From Eutreptiella sp. 'Long Island Sound 2002' (lineage: Eukaryota > Protista > Euglenida), in NCBI GenBank assembly GCA_964036045.1, contig OZ038379.1, forward strand, positions 14,260,001 to 14,324,000: a stretch of DNA of 64,000 bases. The letters are read 5' to 3'. The first letter of the stretch is position 1. Every line of letters begins with the position of its first letter. The notes beneath the pieces were generated by a model. It was not told the origin of the DNA. It ran no database searches and saw only the letters and a list, made by a program, of their open reading frames with translations. Position numbers and translations under genes: made by a program. Of the stretch, positions 57,027 to 64,000 are shown one piece after another.

Positions 57027-60000
57027 ACGGGTGCAGCGTCTAATTGCGTTGACGAGAGAACACTTCCAAGTAGCTTCCAAGGTGCCCAAGGCGGTGAAGG
57101 CTGCCAAGCGACATATTTGGCGTAGTTGCTGGGATTTCTTGGGGCCGAGAACCAAAAACGATGAGAGACGCCATAGATGGATACAGAAGTCCCCATGGCG
57201 GAGACGGCAAGGCATTGCGGCTGAACATGCCTTGTTTCGCATTTATTTCCATGAGGGTAACTTCCGCTTAGGGGAGAAATATGGGCAGATCCTGTTGCAC
57301 CGCATGCCAACCCATGCTGGGAATGCCGGTTGGACCCCACCCCCAAATGTGCCTCATTTTGGGGCATCTAAATTGTGCACGCACAACAGAGGGCAAGAGC
57401 ACGCTTCTAGTAACGAGCCTACCATGGGAAAGAGCACAGCAGCAAGCACGTGTGCATCTCCGTGACCAAACCCAAAAGGGACTCATTACTACTAACGTAC
57501 AACTTGCCCACTACTCCGCCACTGGTAACCAAAGGGCGTGGACACCGGAGGAGTTTCATACCATAAGAGTGCTCATGCAAAGGTGCCAAGAACTAGGCAG
57601 GAGGCCGAACCAATACTTGTAGCGGTGCCAACGTGAATTGTATGTTTTATGTTCCAACAATGGTGTACGTCATCACATGGATGCAATTCCCCCACTTTGC
57701 CGCTTTTAAATAGCCGTTGTTTGTCATTGTGTGTGTCTTCCTTCCGTTGCGCCGAAGGCGCGAAAGAAAATTTTTTATGATACGGTTAAGGCTAAGGTTA
57801 TGCTCCCCCCTTAGTGTTTGACTCACCAAGACCCTTTGCAGAAAAAGCCGAAGGTGGGCTTTTGCCGAAAAGGGCCGAAGATGGTGGAGGCCGTGCCGTT
57901 AGACCATTAAATGTGATAGGGGTCCTAAATGTACTAGTACACTGCCAACCCAATGTGCCACTCAAAGTGACACTAATCTAATCAAACCATTTCAACCAGT
58001 TCTTCTGTACCTTCAGCATGGGACAAATCCTCGAGATGCAAGGAAAAGCGCTGTTGACCAAGTTAAGTTTGCACAACAGGTACCCTATCACATTTAGGCA
58101 ATAGGGTGGTATATCACCCTATCCGCGCCTGTGATAGATTGTGCTTGACAATTTTTTTTGCTTCCCTTTCTTACGAGCAGGTGTGAATGCTTTTGTCGGC
58201 TGCGAAGCATTGGTGGAACACGGCTTGTTGTGCCCATGTTTCCGGCGGCACGGTCAACACCAATTATTTTTGGGTCCTCTTCCAAAATCCGGGGCTGGTT
58301 GCAGCCACAGGTGCTTGGCCAGGCACAGTTGCGGGTTCCCGGACCGGTTATAGTAAACGCCACAAGTAACAGAGGTTAACCATGTACTCATTCTTCAACC
58401 GATCATTCAATGCTCAACACACAGCAAGAAATCAAGGCACTGCACCTCCCAGCATCAACATGTTGCCTCCACCGCCGTCATTCCTGACCGTCGAGTCCAC
58501 TGACGCTCACATTAGTGTAACAGAACAGCCTGGAGACAACCGAACGACGACAGCGACAGACAAAAGCACATGCAAACGACAGAACCGCTTTATCATCACA
58601 ACAGTGAAGTAATATATGCGTCACGGATTTCGAAAGCATCCGGACACCAGAATAACAAACAACACTGTAGAGGGCGGTCTTCAAGCCACTGTCATCAGTC
58701 ACCTCACGCAACGGATCAATACCTAGTTTGTCATAGCTCCTCCTGTTGTTCCTTGCCTTCTTTCCATAGGCGCCCCCGCTCCTTCTACTTCTCTTTCTAC
58801 TCCCGCGGCTATTGCCGCTCACACCTCGCGACCAGCCTAGTGGAGCGACAACCCTCGTGTTGCAGTACGGCGCCACCAGCCACAACCAGCACCCCAGCAA
58901 AACGAGGAAGGTGGCCCACGGACCGCACTCAGCCAGCTCCGCCCCACTAGGCGGCGCCATTGGGAACCGCCGTGTGTCTTGGACCTTTGCAACCACCCAT
59001 TGCCCAACCCCCAAGACACTATGAGCTCCTTGCAGGCTGTAGAGGACAATCTTCAGGCCAATGTCATCAGTCATCCAACGGATGAGTACCTAGTCTGTCT
59101 TAGCTTCTCCTGTTGTTCCTTGCCTTCTTTCCACAACCGCTCCCGCTCCTCTTGTCTCTCCTTCTATCTCGGCGGCTACTGCCGCAACCCAGGGCAAGGC
59201 TCACATAGCGCAACCAGCCTGGCCGAGCCGCCAACCTTTGTGTTGCAGTAGGGCGCCAGCAACACAAGGACGACGGCCCGCAGGCTGCACTCAACCAGCC
59301 GAGCCCCACTAGGCGGCACCACTTGGAAACCCCATATGTCTTGGACCATTGAAGCCACACGCCGCCCAACGCCCATGACACTACTAGCTCCATGCGGACT
59401 GTACGGGACAATCTTCAGGCCAGTGTCATCGGTCACCTCACACAACCAGATCAATGAGTGGTCTCCCGTAGCTCCTCTTTTTGTTGCTTCACTTCTTTCC
59501 GCAGCCGCTCCCGCTCCTCCTGCTTGTCCTTCTGCTCCCGCGGCTGCTGCCGCGGCTGAAGGCAAGGCTCACCTAGCGCAACCAGCCTAGCCAAGCCGCC
59601 AATCTTCATGGTGCAGTAAGGCGCCACCAGCTACAGCAAGTAGCCCAGCAGCACAAGGAAGGCGGCCCACGGGCCACACGGCTCTTCAACACAGGAACTC
59701 AAGCTGCATGTGGAGCATACCAACCACGTGTGGCAATTTTGAATAGGTTGCAAACCTGTTTTGGGCAAGGAAAAAAGCTGGCTGTTTTTGGCCCAATAAG
59801 GAGGTGAAGAATTAGGAGTGCACCAACTGGTGCCTATGCCCCACGCCAGCATCGGGGATTTTTTGGCTCAAAACTTGGATTGGGCAAGGCCGACAGCTCA
59901 GCTCTAGTATGGCTAGAGTATAGTGTATACCATGAAGCGCTAGGAAGGAATAGTGACCAAAACAGAAAGGTGACGTGGTTGCTTGCTAGTAATATTACCA

Positions 60001-60493
60001 TACCCCTCTCCCCTTAAACCTAGCTAACAACAAGCAACAACAAGCGAGCAACAAGCAACACTTCTCCGTTCTATCTTGGCCATTACTCCATCCCCACACA
60101 TCACGCTCTATTGTACTGTAGCCATTTTCTACATTGACACGTGGCCTGCCCGGAACCAAAGGTGGAGCCCAAAACTCACCAGTGGCGGCCCGGGGTGTAG
60201 GCACCAAGTAAGGAGGGGCCACCCCAAATCTGCGCAATTTAGGGCCCAAATCAGGCGTTTTTTTTTTGCCCAAATCAGCCCCAAAGTGCATTCTAAAACA
60301 GCCAAAGGCTTGCTTTCCCCGCCAGCGATGCATCCATTGGTGCAACACCACACACGTGTACCTCAGCAAGGGACGTGGTACCCGAGCAGTGGCACAGCCA
60401 ACTGGTGAAGGACTCAGGCAGATGAAAGGAAGGGCGGCAATCATCAAGCACAGCTGTTGCTGATGTGCACACCTGTTGCTCATGTGCATGGTT

Positions 60494-60679
60494 CAACGCA
60501 ACGAATACAATGCCAAATATGGCAGGCCTGCAATCCACAACGGGATGGGCTTGTGAATCCAATTGAACCATGGACTGATATGCAGATTTGGTGAGGGAGG
60601 ACAGATACGACTCCCCTTCAGCTGACAGAATGGTTGGGTCCAAGTTGAAGACCTTGCCCTGGACAATGAACTGCAGCAC
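60494..60679 (-). pseudogene. BTB/POZ-like domain fragment, second copy
   Basis: Same peptide as 38297-38482 with a few substitutions. Confidence 0.55.
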
Positions 60680-63030
60680 CTTTGCATCTTCACAGACACA
60701 TGCGACATCAACTCCCCTGCAAGGACGTAAAAGCTGCCGCTGGAGGGCTCTGCATAGCACAGGGCGCACAAAGCAGGTTCGGCACGCACGCACAACGAAT
60801 ATCCAGCAGCTGCCTAGCAGCCAAGCATAGCGACTTTCCGCATGGTAGGCACAACACCGCATGCTAATAGGGAAACAAAACAGGGAACAAATTAATGGAT
60901 CACATGACACAAGACGCATGACACCACACAGAGTCTGATGGATCCAAATCCTTATCTTCCTGGTCATATCTTGTGGTGCAACGTATGCAGTGACATGTGG
61001 GGTTGTTCCCATGCTATGTGCATTTTCTCTCTGAAAGACGATGATAGCCCCATGATAACCCTAGACAACTACCCTGAAGCCTGGAGCGTAAACCCCTACC
61101 AGGTCAACCCCCCCTCTCCCTCCTGCGCCGCCTATGAGAGGCAAAAACTTATTTGGGGGGACGGTAAATAATAGGCCTGGTTCATGATTTACCCGTTGAG
61201 AACACTCCATATGATTATAGATTCCCTGCAAGCTGTACCACAGGTCCATAGCACAAAAAAAGGAGCCCACCCAATTCTTGTGTGACAATATGACAGATAC
61301 AGCTGATACCTTAGAACCAATGGCGGCAAACATGATGTCGTCACCCAAAGACATGTCCCTTGGAACCATTTGGTCACAGGTAATCTATGTAGTCCTAGTG
61401 TGTGCAGCTATTCACCGGTCATCTCAAACACCCCCTTTTTCCTACTTGAGGGCCAGATAGAGTGACAACAGCGACTGAAACTTTAATATATGGCAACCGG
61501 CCGGGTCACCATGTCAAACAGGTGTTGTGCATGCATCAAAATCAAAAATGCTGAGCCCAAGGTGCGTCCTGTTTGCAGGTTACCGCAGACTTCTGCATAC
61601 AGTGCACCGAGCCATATTGTGTATTGGCGGCAGCGGCAGCGGTATAGCAGTACTGACAGCTACCATGCACCGCTTCTAGAGGCGATCCTGCAGCCCAGAG
61701 CTCTTGGTGGTTGCTGCAGTCAAACTAAATTCAGTGGGCATGCATCACAAGGCTGGCACACAACAACATCTAACGAAAGATAACAAGTTACCTCACTTCT
61801 ATTTGTCAATTGGTGTCATATGCTCGGACTGGGCTTCTCCAAGACCTTTTTAGGGTCTCTTGCGCAGGCGCTGTCCGAAATGTAATTGACCAATGGTTGG
61901 TACTCTCATGCTCTTCTGTCTCCCAGAAGGCATCGACAAAGGGACCAAGCTCAAGAAATGCCACTTTGATTGCAACTTTGAATTGCATGAATTGCATAGG
62001 CATTATTCGAAACAGCAAATGCGGCCATCGCTTTTCTCGCACCTATACTTGCTAGTTGTCCTTTATACTTAATGAAGCAGACCTTTGCAAGAACATTCTC
62101 AACTGGGTCAAGTCCTGCCACCTTGCCCTTTGGAGGGCTGTCGAAATACACCTCCAGCCCTACCACAGCCATTGTGTCGGACTTCGCCATCACTACCAAA
62201 TGATTTGGTGCTTGTGCCCCCCAGTGCTCCAAATCGTTACGGTGGAACGGCTTCATAGGTGAGGAGAACATAACGCTTGCGGTTCTACGCTGCAATGAAG
62301 TGATGCAACGAAATAGCCTTGTTTCAATTGCTAAAAAGCGAGCAATGCCTGATTGCAACGAGACAATACTTTTGGGGATTTGGCATCATCCTCCTGATCA
62401 TCTTCTTTGCGTTCACGCTTCCTTGTTTGTGTTTGCTGTGGCGCATGCTGCCAACAATGCACCTCATTCTTCACCCAGCGGCTCCGGACATGTTCGCCAC
62501 ATTGTGGACAAGGATGATCGGCCGTTTTCGCATCGGGCTGCTTGTTAACCTGAATAAGAGTGAATGGAGCCCGCAGAAGACTAACCTTGTTTAACGCACA
62601 AATCAAACCCAAGCCCGACCCAGCTCCCAGCGCATGTTTAAGTTGAGTGGGTGCAATTCTTGACGGCAAGTGTGCAAGTGTTTGGGAAGTGCACTCTTCA
62701 AGAGGATGCCTAGTACGTCATGCAATCCCCACACCGCACAACTAAAAATGGTATTTCGTAGGAAGCAAGAACGTGACAACATGCATGCTGCCCCCACTCA
62801 TCAGCTGCACTCCGGAACCAAAATTAAATCGTTGCACATTCACACATGGCCGTTATGAAATGTCCAATCTTCAATGAGAACCTGTGTAACAACCGCCTCC
62901 TTCACTTTGGCTTTCGCAAGAATGGTGCATCCTGTTTTTTGCCATCTGCTGCCGCAAATTGTTGACCAATGTGAAACATAAGAACCTCCAAGCGACACAT
63001 TTGGGGTAGGTGGTCCATAAAAATGGACCT

Positions 63031-63292
63031 GTGTTCTGTTCTGTTCTGTTTTGTTCTGTTCTGTTCCGTTCTATTCTGTTCTGTTCTGCTCGGTTCGGTG
63101 TGGTTCGGTTTGGTTCGGTTTTGTTCTTATCTGATTTGTTCTATTCTGTTCTGTTGTGTTGTGTTTCTTTCTGTTTAGTTTTGTTTAGTTCTGTTCTATT
63201 TTGTTTAGTTGTGTTTTGTTCTGTTCTGTTTTGTTCTGCTCTGTTCTTTTCCGTTTCTGTTCTGTTGTGTTTGTTCTGTTCTGTTTCGTTTT
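63031..63292 (+). repeat. (GTTCT)n degenerate microsatellite tail, longer copy
   Basis: Identical start to 40801 copy but about 90 bp longer. Confidence 0.95.
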
Positions 63293-63468
63293 GACTCCGG
63301 CTTTTGAGAGCCCTGCACTTATCCATCCCACCACGCACGGTACCTATGTGGTTTCACATTACCCAGGACTGTCCTTGGGAGGGGGCACAACAATGATTCA
63401 CACATCTGCGGCGGTTCGAATTGCTGCTGCTACTATCATATTGTGCGATCATATTGTTTTTCTTGCCC

Positions 63469-63485
63469 TAGGGTTAGGGTTAGGG
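63469..63485 (+). repeat. Short interstitial telomeric-type repeat (TTAGGG, about 3 units)
   Basis: TAGGGTTAGGGTTAGGG. Confidence 0.5.
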
Positions 63486-64000
63486 CAAAAAGTGACAAAC
63501 ACACACACCTTGCACAACCCACAGCATTCAAGGTTTGGCCGAAGGAGTGCCGCTTTTCTGCGCCCTGATCCACACACACTAGCATTTGCCACACCACACC
63601 TTACGATGCCACACTCCCTGCTCTTCATATATGCCTATTGGTTTATGTTGTGGTGCCCCCTAAAGGCTCCCCTCCCTTCTTTTGGTTCCGATCCCCAGCC
63701 TTCCTAATCTAACCGCAGCAAGTCAGCGGAACTGACGCTCCCTGTGGAGGGGCAACATTCCTATAGATGAGCTGACCAATGTTGGTCCTTTGGAGGTGGC
63801 ATGGGAGGGGCGGCCGTTTAACTCCAGGGTGGGGAGCGGGGGCAGTTTGGGCCTCAACGGGCTGGACCCAAAAGTCATACTGAGATGGCCTGGAGCTAAC
63901 GCGGACCCCAAATTAGGAGAAAAAATGAGAATGGGATTTTGGGATGAGCATGATGAGGCAATTTGGAAAAGCCATCTCTTGCCTTCTGGCTGACGCCTAA

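Larger units (their letters stand above)
58674..63292 (-). mobile_element. ~4.6 kb unclassified repeat element (copy 2)
   Basis: Offsets 22320, ~22195 and 22230 versus copy 1, explained by small indels; longer microsatellite tail. Confidence 0.8.

Noticed and set aside
58017-58061. Isolated candidate exon MGQILEMQGKALLTK with a branch-point-like CTAAT and CAG acceptor
   Set aside because: Too short, weak donor, and no linkage to the gene model.
63469-63485. Chromosome end
   Set aside because: Only about 3 TTAGGG units, with ordinary sequence on both sides.
63668-63993. Purine tract (minus strand) and a protein-like frame at the window end
   Set aside because: No adjacent TG-starting LTR or recognisable domain; truncated by the window.

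Overview
Eukaryotic genomic DNA: GT-AG introns, G/C homopolymer-rich MITE-filled introns and TTAGGG traces. Several short repeats look euglenid/Eutreptiella-like from memory, unverified. (1) 1-22.7 kb holds the 3' part of one giant + strand gene that starts upstream of the window. A single exon of >=15.3 kb encodes ~33 shuffled ~145-195 aa beta-solenoid-like, N-glycosylation-rich modules. Most are separated by an acidic loop ending in R-[R/K/Q]-[L/V]-L (mostly RRLLQ; 30 sites), and in later modules the loop is bracketed by a Cys pair. This suggests a protease-processed secreted polyprotein. At least 7 phase-compatible small exons follow and encode a unique C-terminal region; no stop codon was securely found. 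(2) 25.2-36 kb is a degenerate 52-53 bp satellite with higher-order structure and an internal inversion. (3) 36-64 kb is a patchwork of repeats: a ~4.6 kb element carrying a decayed BTB/T1-like ORF (2 full copies plus 1 partial), a 7.42 kb tandem duplication, gag-only LTR retroelement remnants with tRNA-iMet PBS, and a G-rich hairpin minisatellite that arose inside a gag-like ORF.
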